DNA of 54,700 nt from a virus (lineage: Duplodnaviria > Caudoviricetes). Of the stretch, positions 16,961 to 26,606 are shown piece by piece; the first letter of the stretch is position 1, and each line of letters begins with the position of its first letter. Made by a program: the position numbers and the translations under genes. The notes beneath the pieces are model-generated. The model made no database searches and had not been told where the DNA came from. It saw only the letters and a program-made list of their open reading frames with translations. The stretch lies in IMG/VR virus record IMGVR_UViG_3300028897_000119, positions 1 through 54,700 of that record. The stretch is one strand, 5' to 3'.

Positions 16961-17894
16961 CCCCGCAGAGAACCTCGACAACCCGATCAACGACGACTGG
17001 AAATCCGATTTTGCTGGCGACGACGCCGAGAAGCTCGAGCTGGTCAAGGACTTCGATTCACCGGCGGCGCTGCTCGACGAGTTCTCGAAGATGCGCTCGC
17101 ACGACTGGCGTTCGGACTTTGCTGGCGACGACGAGAAATTTATGGAGCAGTTGCAGCGGTTCAAGTCTCCGGGCGATTTCGCGAACAGCTACCGCGAGGC
17201 GCAGCAGAAGATCCGCTCGGGCGAATTGAACCAGCCGCCGGAGACTGGCCTGCCGAAGCCGCCGGAGGGCATCGAGGAGGAGAAGCTGGCCGACTGGCGC
17301 AAGGAGCATGGCCTGCCGACCGAGGCCAAGGGCTATCTCGAGAACCTGCCCGATGGGCTGGTGATCGGTGACGACGATCGCGAGATCTTCGAGGACTTCG
17401 CCGGCGAGCTCCTGGCCAACAACATGCCGCCGGAGGCCGCGCATGTGGCGCTCGGCTGGTACAACAAGTTCATGGAGCAGTCGCAGGACGATCTTGTCGA
17501 GATCGACCGCGAGCACAATCAGGCGTTGCAGCAGGAGCTCCGCGAGGAGTGGGGCAAGGACTACAAGGCGAACATCAATCTTGCCACGGCACTCGTGAAA
17601 AAGACGTTCGGCGAGGAGGCGGCCGAGCGGTTCCTGAATGCGCGCGACCCCGATGGCGTGAGCATTTTCAACGTCAAGGAGATCATGGAGGGGTGGGTGC
17701 AGCTCGCCCGTACCGTGGATCCGCTGAGCGCGATCGTGCCGAGCGGCGGCGATGCGCAAAAGGCGCTGAATGACGAGATCGCGGATCTCGAGAAGTACAT
17801 GCGCGACAAGCGCAGCGAGTACAACAAGGACACCGAGGCGCAGGAGCGCCTGCGTTACCTGTACGATCTGAGGCTAAAAGCCGAGTCAAAATAG
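16953..17894 (+). CDS. Capsid scaffolding protein
   Basis: Acidic and helical; LREEWG.DY..N motif; position before the capsid gene. Confidence 0.8.
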   Translation: MSDPAENLDNPINDDWKSDFAGDDAEKLELVKDFDSPAALLDEFSKMRSHDWRSDFAGDDEKFMEQLQRFKSPGDFANSYREAQQKIRSGELNQPPETGLPKPPEGIEEEKLADWRKEHGLPTEAKGYLENLPDGLVIGDDDREIFEDFAGELLANNMPPEAAHVALGWYNKFMEQSQDDLVEIDREHNQALQQELREEWGKDYKANINLATALVKKTFGEEAAERFLNARDPDGVSIFNVKEIMEGWVQLARTVDPLSAIVPSGGDAQKALNDEIADLEKYMRDKRSEYNKDTEAQERLRYLYDLRLKAESK

Positions 17895-17904
17895 GAGGTT
17901 AGGG

Positions 17905-18123
17905 ATGAGCTCGTTGCTGAAAAAGGCCGTGAACAAGGCGCGTTACGGCACCATTCAGGGATCCATGCGCTACACCGGGATTCGCCCGCCATCGGGCACC
18001 CAGGGCAGCAATGTGACGGCTCGAGACCGCGCCGATGACGAGGGTGGCCAGCCGCCGCGTCGTCCCGGCAGGCCCCGGCGCGTCCGGCGCATGGGAGGCG
18101 GCGTCACGCCGTTGTCACCGTGA
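17905..18123 (+). CDS. Small Arg-rich protein
   Basis: AGGAGG Shine-Dalgarno; coupled to next gene. Confidence 0.55.
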   Translation: MSSLLKKAVNKARYGTIQGSMRYTGIRPPSGTQGSNVTARDRADDEGGQPPRRPGRPRRVRRMGGGVTPLSP

Positions 18124-18317
18124 GCGGGCTTCTCGGAGCCAAGGCGCCTCCGGGTCCGGTATCGCGGCAGATTCAGCTCCACCGCAAGCTGATGGGCCGT
18201 GGTGAGGACAAGGGCGAGGCGGCCGGATTCAAGACCACTCAAGGCCAGCGGGCTCGCCGGCGTGGCAAGAAGAAAGTGGACATCAAGGACGTCAACGTAC
18301 CGGATCGCTACCTATGA
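18120..18317 (+). CDS. Small Lys/Arg-rich protein
   Basis: GTGA and ATGA coupling. Confidence 0.55.
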   Translation: MSGLLGAKAPPGPVSRQIQLHRKLMGRGEDKGEAAGFKTTQGQRARRRGKKKVDIKDVNVPDRYL

Positions 18318-18478
18318 GCGAAACGGCAGGGATGGTGACATACGTGCCTTTCAGGAAAACAGGACGCAACGCCTACCGCTCACCGAGTGGTCGCAAGTTC
18401 ACAAAGCGACAGGTCGCGATGTACTACGCTACCGGCGGCTTCCGCAAGGGAGTTGACCGGAAAAAGAAACGAGCGTAA
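18314..18478 (+). CDS. Small basic protein (PFRK...YRSPSGRKFTKRQV..YYAT); not in the ORF track; may start at GTG 18344
   Basis: Open frame with a motif recalled from a widespread small phage protein. Confidence 0.65.
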   Translation: MSETAGMVTYVPFRKTGRNAYRSPSGRKFTKRQVAMYYATGGFRKGVDRKKKRA

Positions 18479-18494
18479 ATTCCGAGCTGAACCA

Positions 18495-18642
18495 CATCGC
18501 CGGCCAACCCGCACTCGCGGCCCCGGCATTCCGGCCCCTGCCGGCAGAGCAAGGCCCTCGTCCTGAGCCAACCCTTGTGAAGCCACACGCAGGCTAACCC
18601 GACCAGTGGAAAAGGACTTTTCATTGTTTGGAGGATGCCTCA
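18495..18642 (+). promoter_or_regulatory. Structured leader of the major capsid gene with repeated GCYAACCC and GGCCC motifs
   Basis: ggccaaccc (18502), agccaaccc (18566), ggctaaccc (18592), ggccc three times, nested stems. Confidence 0.55.
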
Positions 18643-19494
18643 ATGGCTGAAACTGCTTTTCAGATTCAATACCGGCAAGAGTTCATTGCGGGTTTCGAGC
18701 AGCTACAGTCGCTCCTGCGTTCCTCGACGACCACCGAATCGGTCATCAAGGGCAATCAGGCGACTTTCCTCGTAGCTGATTCCGGCAACGCTACGGCCAA
18801 GACGCGCGGCGTCAACGGCCTGATCCCGGCTCGCGGCGATAACCTGTCGCAGCCCGTTGCAACGCTGGTCGAGTGGCACGATCTCGTGCGCAAGACCGAT
18901 TTCAACATCTTTGCCTCGCAGGGCAACCAGCGCGCCATCATGCAAAAGACGACGATGGGTGTCATCAATCGCAAGATTGACCAAGACATCATCGCCGAAC
19001 TGGCAACGGGTACGCAGAACCTCGGTGTTGCGGCCACGGCCGACACGCTCCGCACCCTGCGCGCAAAGACGATCCTGGGCAACAACGAGGTGCCGTGGGA
19101 TGGCTGGATCACCGCTCTGGTGACGCCCGGTTACGAGGCGTACATGATGGGCGAGAACGATTTTGCCAGCCGCGACTACACCATGAACGGCCCGTTCGAT
19201 GCCGCCGATCCGGCATGGAAGGACCAGCCGGTCACGTACCGCTGGCTCGGCATGAACTGGATCGTTCACCCGCGTCTCCCCGGTCAGGGCACGGCGGCTG
19301 AAACGTGCTTCTTCTTCCACAAGTCGGCGATCGGCCATGCCTACAACGCCGACGACATGGAAATGCGGGTAGGTTACGACGAGGAGCAGGACTACTCCTG
19401 GGCCCGTTGCTCGATCTACATGGGCTCACAGGTCTTGCAGAACAGCGGCATCGTGCTCAGCGCGCATGACTCGTCTGCACTGGCCGCAGCGTAA
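18643..19494 (+). CDS. Major capsid protein
   Basis: QYRQEF..FEQ..S.LR, NRKIDQ.II, WLG.NWIVHP.L, HKSAIG; position after scaffold. Confidence 0.9.
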   Translation: MAETAFQIQYRQEFIAGFEQLQSLLRSSTTTESVIKGNQATFLVADSGNATAKTRGVNGLIPARGDNLSQPVATLVEWHDLVRKTDFNIFASQGNQRAIMQKTTMGVINRKIDQDIIAELATGTQNLGVAATADTLRTLRAKTILGNNEVPWDGWITALVTPGYEAYMMGENDFASRDYTMNGPFDAADPAWKDQPVTYRWLGMNWIVHPRLPGQGTAAETCFFFHKSAIGHAYNADDMEMRVGYDEEQDYSWARCSIYMGSQVLQNSGIVLSAHDSSALAAA

Positions 19495-19508
19495 GGAGGT
19501 AACGAGTA

Positions 19509-19805
19509 ATGGCTTACAAGTCTGCATCTCTGAACCAAATCACTCCTCGCGTCGGCACGGCAGAAGGTGCTCCGGGCGATCCGTCCGGTCTCGGCTCGGC
19601 GATCCACACGTATCGCTCCGACGATCCGGTTGCGACGGTAATCGCAGCCGCCTATGTCGATGACGGCTACGACAAGGGTGTTCGTGTCGGTGACACGGTT
19701 ATCGTCATTGACGACAACCTCGGCACCATTGATCTCTGCCTCGTCACGGTGGTCGATATTTCGACCAATCCCGCCGGCGATGTCACGATGATTAACGGCA
19801 CGTAA
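19509..19805 (+). CDS. Small virion protein (decoration-like)
   Basis: AAGGAGG Shine-Dalgarno; follows the capsid gene, precedes a terminator. Confidence 0.7.
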   Translation: MAYKSASLNQITPRVGTAEGAPGDPSGLGSAIHTYRSDDPVATVIAAAYVDDGYDKGVRVGDTVIVIDDNLGTIDLCLVTVVDISTNPAGDVTMINGT

Positions 19806-19836
19806 TTGCCGTAGAGGGTAAAACTGCGCGACAATC

Positions 19837-19875
19837 GAAGGGCGGCTCCGGCTTGGGGTCGCCCTTTCGTTTATT
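19837..19875 (+). terminator. Rho-independent terminator-like hairpin
   Basis: GAAGGGCGGCTCC-ggctt-GGGGTCGCCCTTTC followed by GTTTATT. Confidence 0.7.
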
Positions 19876-19886
19876 CGGAGAAACCA

Positions 19887-20417
19887 ATGCCCAAAGAAGC
19901 TACCGCTAAAAAGACGCCCGCCAAAGAGGCCAAGGAGCCGGAGGTCACGCAGGAGCCCGCAAAGGAAGCGGCACCGGAGGCGCCCGCGAAATCAGCACCA
20001 GTAACGCAGTCGCGATTCGGCCTGCAGGCCGAGTTCAATACGCCGTGGCGCGTGAACGTCGAGCTCGGCACGACGCCGGAGGAGACCCTCGACGAGAAAT
20101 ACTGGCAGCACATCTCGCAGCACTTTCGCCCAGGAGACACGATCGTTGTCATGCCGGATGACATGAGCTGGAAGCAAGTGCTGCATGTCGTCGCGTCAGG
20201 TCGGAACTACACGATCGTCGAGCAGGAGGAGTTCTACCAGTACAAGTCAGCGATGGTGGCATCCGTGGATGCACCGAGCGAGTACGACATCGAGTTTGCC
20301 GGCTCGCATTACAAGTGGCGTGTGCGCCTCGGCGACCGCGTACTCAAAGACGGCTTTGAGACGCGGCCACTGGCTGCACGATGGGCCGCGAACCACCAAG
20401 CGGCTACCGAGCGGTGA
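19887..20417 (+). CDS. Conserved podovirus hypothetical protein
   Basis: 176-aa ORF in the structural operon. Confidence 0.75.
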   Translation: MPKEATAKKTPAKEAKEPEVTQEPAKEAAPEAPAKSAPVTQSRFGLQAEFNTPWRVNVELGTTPEETLDEKYWQHISQHFRPGDTIVVMPDDMSWKQVLHVVASGRNYTIVEQEEFYQYKSAMVASVDAPSEYDIEFAGSHYKWRVRLGDRVLKDGFETRPLAARWAANHQAATER

Positions 20418-20473
20418 GCCGATCTAGGATTGAACAGTAGCGCAGGGATGCGCTGGCCCTTTGGAGGACTGAT

Positions 20474-21118
20474 ATGCCGACGAAACTGACGCTTTACAAT
20501 GGTGCCCTCAGCATCATTGGTGAGCGCAAGCTCGCAGATCTCACCGAAAACCGTGAGCCGCGCTACAAGCTCGACGACATATGGGACAACGATCTTGTCC
20601 GGCGTGTCCTGCAGATGGGGCAGTGGAATTTCGCCAAGCGCACGGTCGAATTGGGGTCGTCGCCATCGGTGACACCCTCGTTCGGCTACCAGTACGCATT
20701 CGACAAGCCAGCCGATTTCGTGCGCACGATCATGGTGGCGCACGATCAATACTTCAACATCCCGATCACGCGCTACTCGGACGAGGGAGCGTGGATATTC
20801 TGCGATCAGGAGACGATCTACTTCGCCTACGTCTCGGATGACACTCAGTGGGGTTCCGACTTCACCTTGTGGCCGCCGAATTTCACGGAGATGGTCGAGC
20901 ACTATCTCGCCTACAAGGTGGCGCCGCGCATCACCGGCATGGACTTCAATGAGCGCGAGCTCGAGCGCAAGTGGAAAACATGGCTGGCCGAGGCCAAGGC
21001 TACCGATGCGATGGAGTCGCCGGCGAAGTTCCCGCCGAAAGGCGGTTGGGCGCGTAGCCGGCAAGGGTTCCGTGGAGGCAGTCGCGATCGCGGCAACCGT
21101 GGCCAGCTCATAGGCTGA
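20474..21118 (+). CDS. Tail tubular protein A (adaptor)
   Basis: N.AL..IGE, WNFA, YAF..PADF.R, W...F...V...LA motifs. Confidence 0.85.
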   Translation: MPTKLTLYNGALSIIGERKLADLTENREPRYKLDDIWDNDLVRRVLQMGQWNFAKRTVELGSSPSVTPSFGYQYAFDKPADFVRTIMVAHDQYFNIPITRYSDEGAWIFCDQETIYFAYVSDDTQWGSDFTLWPPNFTEMVEHYLAYKVAPRITGMDFNERELERKWKTWLAEAKATDAMESPAKFPPKGGWARSRQGFRGGSRDRGNRGQLIG

Positions 21119-23892
21119 TGGCCAAGCAAGATAAAATGCTGCTCGCCTTCAACCGAGGGGTGGTGTCCTCGAGGGGGCTGGCGCGCGTAGATCTCGAGCG
21201 CATGGCGATGTCGGCCGAGATCCAAAAGAATTTCGTGCCCAGGGTACTCGGCTCCATGATGCTGCGCCCCGGCACCGCCTACATCGGAAGCTGCTACGAG
21301 GATCTCAACCGAGTGCGTCAGCTTCCGTTCGTGTTCGGCGTCGATGACACGGCACTGGTCGAGCTCAATTCCGGCGGTGTCGCGCGGATCCGTATTGACG
21401 ATCAGCTCCTCGAGCGCGTTGCGGTCTCGACGACGATCACCAATGGCGGTTTTGGCAGCGGCCTGACCGGATGGATCGACGCCTCGGATCCCGGTGCGTT
21501 CGCGTGGAATGATGGCGGCATCAACGCGATCCTGCGCGGCAACGGCACCAATTACGCGCGTATCCGGCAGCAGGTTACGGTGGCCGTGCCTGACCAGTTT
21601 GTCGCGCACGGTATCAGGATCTCATGCGGCACTGGCACGGTGTTCCGTGTCGGCTCGAGCGCCGGCGACGATGACTACATCCCCGAGCAGATTCTTAACG
21701 GCGGCACCTACGACTTTGAGTTCACTCCGGGCGGCGATTTCTGGATCGAGCTGGCGAACGGCAAGGACTACAACGTCTTTGTCAACGACATCAACATCTC
21801 CGGCGCTGGTCCGGTGCTGTTCTTCCACCCGTACTCGAGCGATCAGGACATCCTCAACGTGCGCTATGACCAGTCCGGCGACGTCATGTACCTCGCCTGC
21901 AAGGACACGGATCAGCGCAAAATCGAGCGCCGCTTCAATTCCCGATCCTGGGGCATCGTCACCTACCGGCCGGAAAACGGGCCGTTCAAGGTGCAGAACA
22001 CCGGCCCGATTGCGATGTCAGTGTCAGCGATTCAGGGCGATGCGGACTGGTCGCTCAGCTTCGAGCAGGCGCCAGTCATCCTGACCGCTACCGCGCCTTA
22101 CTTCGAGGCGCCGCAACATCACGGCGCCCTGTTCCGTCTCGAGAGCTCCGGTCAGGTGGTGACTGAATCAATCACCTCACCGCCGTCCGATGAGTGGACC
22201 AATCCGATCCGCGTCACCGGCAGCGAGGAGGCGCGCCGCTTCGGCATCATCATCGAGGGCACGTTCACGGCGACGGTGACGCTGCAGTTCGCGTTCACCG
22301 AGGATGGTCCGTGGAATGACCAAGGCACCACATGGACTGCACCGACAGACACCAGCTTCCTCGATGGTCAGGACGGTCAGATCATCTATTACCGCATCGG
22401 CGTCAAGGTGGCCGATTACACCAGCGGCACGGTCACGGTCACGCTGAACTATTCCGGCGGCTCGATTCAGGGCATTTGCAGGGTCTACGAGGTGACGAGC
22501 TCGACCACGGCGAAAGTGCGAGTCCTGCAGCCGTTCGGCAACTTGCTGCCGACAAAGGACTGGTGGGAGGGCGAGTGGTCGAATCAATCCGGCTGGCCGT
22601 CAGCCGTGGCGATTCACGAGGGCCGGCTCGCGTGGGGCGGCAACGAGAAGCTCATCCTGTCGGAGTCCGATAATTTCGAGTCCTTCGATGACCAGCTCGA
22701 GGGCGACGCGCGCACGATCTCGAGAACCATTGGCCAGGGCCCGATCCGCGACATCAACTGGTTGTTGTCAATGGCGCGCCTGCTCATCGGCACGACTGAC
22801 AATTCACACAACGTCGCCGCGATGCGCATGGACGGCAATAACCCACTGTCGGCGAGATCCTCGAATTTCGATGAGCCGCTGACGGTCTCGAATTTCAACA
22901 TCAAGACGATCAGCTCAAAGGCGGTATTTGTCGATCGCACCGAGCAGCGTCTTTACGAGCTCCTGTATGACATCGACGTTCAGGACTACAAGAGCGTCGA
23001 TCTGTCGGTCTACGCGCCGGACTTCAACGTCGCCGGCATCACGCACATTGCCGTGCAGATGAAACCTGATGTGCGCATTCATTGCGTCCGTGAGGACGGC
23101 ACTGTCGGGATGCTGGTCTACGACAGGCTCGAAAATGTGATCTGCTGGATCGACATTGAGATGGGGCTCTATAACTCCGTGCCGAATGGGTGGGTCGAGG
23201 ATGTTTGTGTGCTCCCCGGCAGGGAGGAGGATCAGGTCTATTACACGGTGATCCGCAACACCGGACCCTCCGGCTTGGGCGAGGAGCGTTATCTCGAGAA
23301 GTGGGCGCTCGAGTCCGAGGCCATTGGCGGTGCGATCAACAAGTGCGTCGATTCGCATGTCGTCTACGATGGCGCGCCGACATCACTGCTCACCGGCCTC
23401 GATCATCTACAGGGCCTCACGGTGAGCATATGGGCTGACGGCGCCGACAAGGGCACGGCTCAGGTGACGATCTTCGGTACTCCGGGCGAGCTCGATCTCT
23501 CCGGTCTCGCTGGTGCGCCATTCTCTCAGGTCGTTGTCGGCCTGCCTTACACGGCGCAGTTCAAGTCAACCAAGCTCGGCGACATCAATGGCCTGAGCTT
23601 GCTCGAGGAAAAGAAAATCAATCGGATCGGCTTCATTGCTGAAAACCTGCACCACCAGGGTTTGCAGTACGGACCCGATTTCAACAACCTCTACGATCTG
23701 CCAGCGGTCGAGGACGCTCAGGTAACGCCTGCGGACACGATCTATGGTCGGTATCACGAGGGGCAGTTCGGTTTTGGTGGTGAGTGGGATTCGGATTCGA
23801 GAATATGCCTGCAAGCGCAGTCGCCGAGGCCGTGTACGATTCTGGCGGCATTAGCCGAGATGGAGTCGATCGAGAAACGCGGCCGGAGATAA
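21118..23892 (+). CDS. Tail tubular protein B (nozzle/stabilisation protein)
   Basis: FNRG.VS..LARVD, QSGDV, GWPSAV..HEGRL, VGLPY, P.PCTILA motifs; 924 aa. Confidence 0.88.
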   Translation: MAKQDKMLLAFNRGVVSSRGLARVDLERMAMSAEIQKNFVPRVLGSMMLRPGTAYIGSCYEDLNRVRQLPFVFGVDDTALVELNSGGVARIRIDDQLLERVAVSTTITNGGFGSGLTGWIDASDPGAFAWNDGGINAILRGNGTNYARIRQQVTVAVPDQFVAHGIRISCGTGTVFRVGSSAGDDDYIPEQILNGGTYDFEFTPGGDFWIELANGKDYNVFVNDINISGAGPVLFFHPYSSDQDILNVRYDQSGDVMYLACKDTDQRKIERRFNSRSWGIVTYRPENGPFKVQNTGPIAMSVSAIQGDADWSLSFEQAPVILTATAPYFEAPQHHGALFRLESSGQVVTESITSPPSDEWTNPIRVTGSEEARRFGIIIEGTFTATVTLQFAFTEDGPWNDQGTTWTAPTDTSFLDGQDGQIIYYRIGVKVADYTSGTVTVTLNYSGGSIQGICRVYEVTSSTTAKVRVLQPFGNLLPTKDWWEGEWSNQSGWPSAVAIHEGRLAWGGNEKLILSESDNFESFDDQLEGDARTISRTIGQGPIRDINWLLSMARLLIGTTDNSHNVAAMRMDGNNPLSARSSNFDEPLTVSNFNIKTISSKAVFVDRTEQRLYELLYDIDVQDYKSVDLSVYAPDFNVAGITHIAVQMKPDVRIHCVREDGTVGMLVYDRLENVICWIDIEMGLYNSVPNGWVEDVCVLPGREEDQVYYTVIRNTGPSGLGEERYLEKWALESEAIGGAINKCVDSHVVYDGAPTSLLTGLDHLQGLTVSIWADGADKGTAQVTIFGTPGELDLSGLAGAPFSQVVVGLPYTAQFKSTKLGDINGLSLLEEKKINRIGFIAENLHHQGLQYGPDFNNLYDLPAVEDAQVTPADTIYGRYHEGQFGFGGEWDSDSRICLQAQSPRPCTILAALAEMESIEKRGRR

Positions 23893-24230
23893 CGTGGCGT
23901 CTCGCCACGGCTGATGATGTTCGGGACTACTACGGCAAGATCCCGAACACGCTGCGCGCCTATGCCGTGTTCATGGACGGCAAGGTCGAGGGACTGGTAG
24001 GCGTCTCCCGCGAGCGCGACTACGGCATCTATTTTTCGGATCACTCGGAGAAGCTGCGCCCCTACCTGAATTCGATTACAGTTATGCGCGCAATCAGGGC
24101 GAGCCTGGATCTCGTCGATCAGTACCGGGGGCCGGTCATGTCAATTGCTACGGACGCCGAGGCTTGCAGATTGCTGCATCGCCTCGGTTTCACACACCTA
24201 CATGGAGCGTGGTACGGATGGCTCAACTAG
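23805..24230 (+). CDS. GNAT-like virion assembly protein (T7 gp13-like position); start uncertain
   Basis: WRLAT..D and RLLHRLGF motifs; position after the nozzle gene. Confidence 0.6.
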   Translation: MPASAVAEAVYDSGGISRDGVDRETRPEITWRLATADDVRDYYGKIPNTLRAYAVFMDGKVEGLVGVSRERDYGIYFSDHSEKLRPYLNSITVMRAIRASLDLVDQYRGPVMSIATDAEACRLLHRLGFTHLHGAWYGWLN

Positions 24231-24763
24231 CGATAGTGGCAGCGGTCGTCGCCGGTGCCGGTCAAGCCTACAAGGCGTATCAGACCAAGAAGCTCAAGGA
24301 TCAGGAGGCCAAGGGCTACCGCGAGGCGGCTACTCGTCGCATGGCGGCGGCGACCCGCGAAGCCGGCGAGGAGGAGCGCAATCGCAAGCGCATTCATTCG
24401 CGCGCCATTGCGGTCAGTGCAGCCTCCGGTGCTGGCGTCGATGATCCGAGCATTGTCGCGCTGCTCGGCGATCTCAATGCCGAGGGCGAATACCGCGTAA
24501 TGTCGCGGCTATGGGCCGGCCAGAATGATGCCGAGGGCCTGCAGTTCCGTGCTGAGGCGGCCGAGCGTGAGGGCAAGACAGCAATCAAGATCGGCGTCGT
24601 CAATACGATCACGGCGGCCATGTCCACGTATTCAGCATTCGGCGGCAGCTTCGGCGGCGGTGGTGGTGGTGGCGCAAGCGGCTACAGCGTGACGACATCG
24701 CAACCGGGAGGCATGGAAATTCCGGGTTACGGTTACACCTCGACAGGAGCGATGAACGCATGA
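24218..24763 (+). CDS. Internal virion (ejection) protein, small
   Basis: Ala/Gly-rich hydrophobic N-terminus; AASGAGV motif; coiled coil. Confidence 0.75.
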   Translation: MAQLAIVAAVVAGAGQAYKAYQTKKLKDQEAKGYREAATRRMAAATREAGEEERNRKRIHSRAIAVSAASGAGVDDPSIVALLGDLNAEGEYRVMSRLWAGQNDAEGLQFRAEAAEREGKTAIKIGVVNTITAAMSTYSAFGGSFGGGGGGGASGYSVTTSQPGGMEIPGYGYTSTGAMNA

Positions 24764-25857
24764 CCGCGCAAAAGAATTTCCGCTCCGATAGCTTCGTCTC
24801 TGGCCTCGCCATCAAGGCGCCATGCCAGCATCTCGCGACGACACCGATCACGCTGAGCGGAGAATACTTCCCGTACAGCGTCGGCGATCGAGTTCTGGTC
24901 ACGGCTCAGGCCGATCCGATTCAGAATGGCATATGGGTGTGCGAGACGTCAGCATGGCAGCGCGCCGGCGACTTCGACGGCAATCGGGATCTTGTCGGCG
25001 GCACACTGGTTCCTGTCGATGACGGTGCCGGCGCACTGGTGCTCTACCAGCTCGACGGTGCAATTGCGGAGATCCTCGAGCCGGACGTCGATGCGCTGAC
25101 GTTCACGCTGTATCTGGTGGGGTCAGGCGGCGGTGGCGGCGACGATCTGCAGGCAGTGACAACGGTCGGCAACACGACCGATCAGGGCATCGTCATTCAG
25201 ACCGGCGCCTCGCTGATTATTCAGACGCCGGACAATCTCGACACGATCACGTTCCGCGTCAATGACACCGAGCAGCCGTTTCCGTTCCTCGAGGTGCTCG
25301 GCAGCGCAGCGGTCGAGGTCATGCGGTTCAACGAGCCATTCTGGTCAACTGGCAACGGTATCTTTATCAGCGGCGTCGGCACTCGGCGGTTCGCCTTCTA
25401 CGGCTATGGCGACGCGATTGAAGGCAGCATCGCACAGGACGGCAGCAGCAACATCACGGTCACGGCGCTCGGTGATTTCGAGATCATCACCGGCGGCAAC
25501 ATCAATCTGAACAGCTACCCGATCCTCGATTTCACCATCAAGCAGCAAACGGTCATAGCGAACGGCGGTGGCATCACCATCAACTACGCACTCGGTCAGT
25601 CGGTGTGGCTCATCGTCAATCAGGACATTCCGAGCATCACATTCAGCAATCTGCCGATTTCCGGCGAGCTGGCGCAGATGGAGATTGAGGTGCTGATGAA
25701 CGGCCCGCAGCGCACGATCACATGGCCGGTATCGTTCGAGTGGCCAGGAGGCAATGCACTGCCGGATCCGGCGCCGAATGACACGGCGTTACTCGCAATT
25801 CGCTCTCGTGACGGAGGTTCGACATGGCTCGCCACATTTGCCGAGGCATTTGCGTGA
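24760..25857 (+). CDS. Short tail or head fibre protein
   Basis: N-terminus GDRVLVTAQ...NGIW...WQRA.DFDG; C-terminus TWP..FEWPGG...DGGSTW. Confidence 0.75.
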   Translation: MTAQKNFRSDSFVSGLAIKAPCQHLATTPITLSGEYFPYSVGDRVLVTAQADPIQNGIWVCETSAWQRAGDFDGNRDLVGGTLVPVDDGAGALVLYQLDGAIAEILEPDVDALTFTLYLVGSGGGGGDDLQAVTTVGNTTDQGIVIQTGASLIIQTPDNLDTITFRVNDTEQPFPFLEVLGSAAVEVMRFNEPFWSTGNGIFISGVGTRRFAFYGYGDAIEGSIAQDGSSNITVTALGDFEIITGGNINLNSYPILDFTIKQQTVIANGGGITINYALGQSVWLIVNQDIPSITFSNLPISGELAQMEIEVLMNGPQRTITWPVSFEWPGGNALPDPAPNDTALLAIRSRDGGSTWLATFAEAFA

Positions 25858-26606
25858 AGCTATTGCTCGGATCAGTGCTTGGCGGCGCGGCTGCTCCTAC
25901 TGGTGGTTACACCGGCTTTGTCGAGGGCACACCGATCGCGCTGCCGGTCGGCAGTTTTGTCGGCAATGCTGAGCGCACGGTTGCAGCGCCGCCACGATCT
26001 GTCGGCGACATTATGATCGCTATTGCCGCAAACGGGCCGAATGTTCCTGGCATGGGTTCGGTCACGCTGCGCACACCGACATTTCAGATCTGGTCAAGCA
26101 CTGGCGGCGTCCTGAATTTCAATTCGCTGCAGAGTCGATTCAACCTCGGTATTTTTCCGCGCATTGCGACCGGAGACTCAGAAGATAACTGCCTGATATT
26201 CGGTCAGGGATCGCCGTCGATCCTGCATGTCATCGTGCTTACCGGCAATCAGTATGCTGGCGCGCTCAGCGGCATCACGGTTGACAACGAGAATTCACAG
26301 AATACGTCCGACAGCGCATTGTTCCGCGAAAATATGCCGGGGGCTGCACTTTGGACATTCAAGATCGCGGCGTCCATCAAGGACAATACTGCCGACGACA
26401 CGGTCGATGTGGTTGGTGTCGATAGTGGCGCGACGTTTATGCGCGGCATCAATACAGGTCTCAATTTCAATTCGATGTCGATGGGCATTGCTTACAGGAT
26501 CGAGCCTGCCGTATTCGATCCCGGTGTCGGTAATTTCTCAGAATCAGGTGGGCTGACGGCATTCTCGACATCGGTATCCGCAACATTCAGGAGTGGTGAC
26601 AGCTAA
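25854..26606 (+). CDS. Fibre-associated, putative receptor-binding protein
   Basis: GTGA-coupled to the fibre gene; beta-rich Gly/Ser/Asn composition. Confidence 0.6.
   Translation: MKLLLGSVLGGAAAPTGGYTGFVEGTPIALPVGSFVGNAERTVAAPPRSVGDIMIAIAANGPNVPGMGSVTLRTPTFQIWSSTGGVLNFNSLQSRFNLGIFPRIATGDSEDNCLIFGQGSPSILHVIVLTGNQYAGALSGITVDNENSQNTSDSALFRENMPGAALWTFKIAASIKDNTADDTVDVVGVDSGATFMRGINTGLNFNSMSMGIAYRIEPAVFDPGVGNFSESGGLTAFSTSVSATFRSGDS

Noticed and set aside
19543-19552. Further CTCCTCGCGT copy
   Set aside because: It lies inside a plus-strand coding sequence and I see no credible minus-strand gene behind it; it is probably chance, so it was not counted as a leader.
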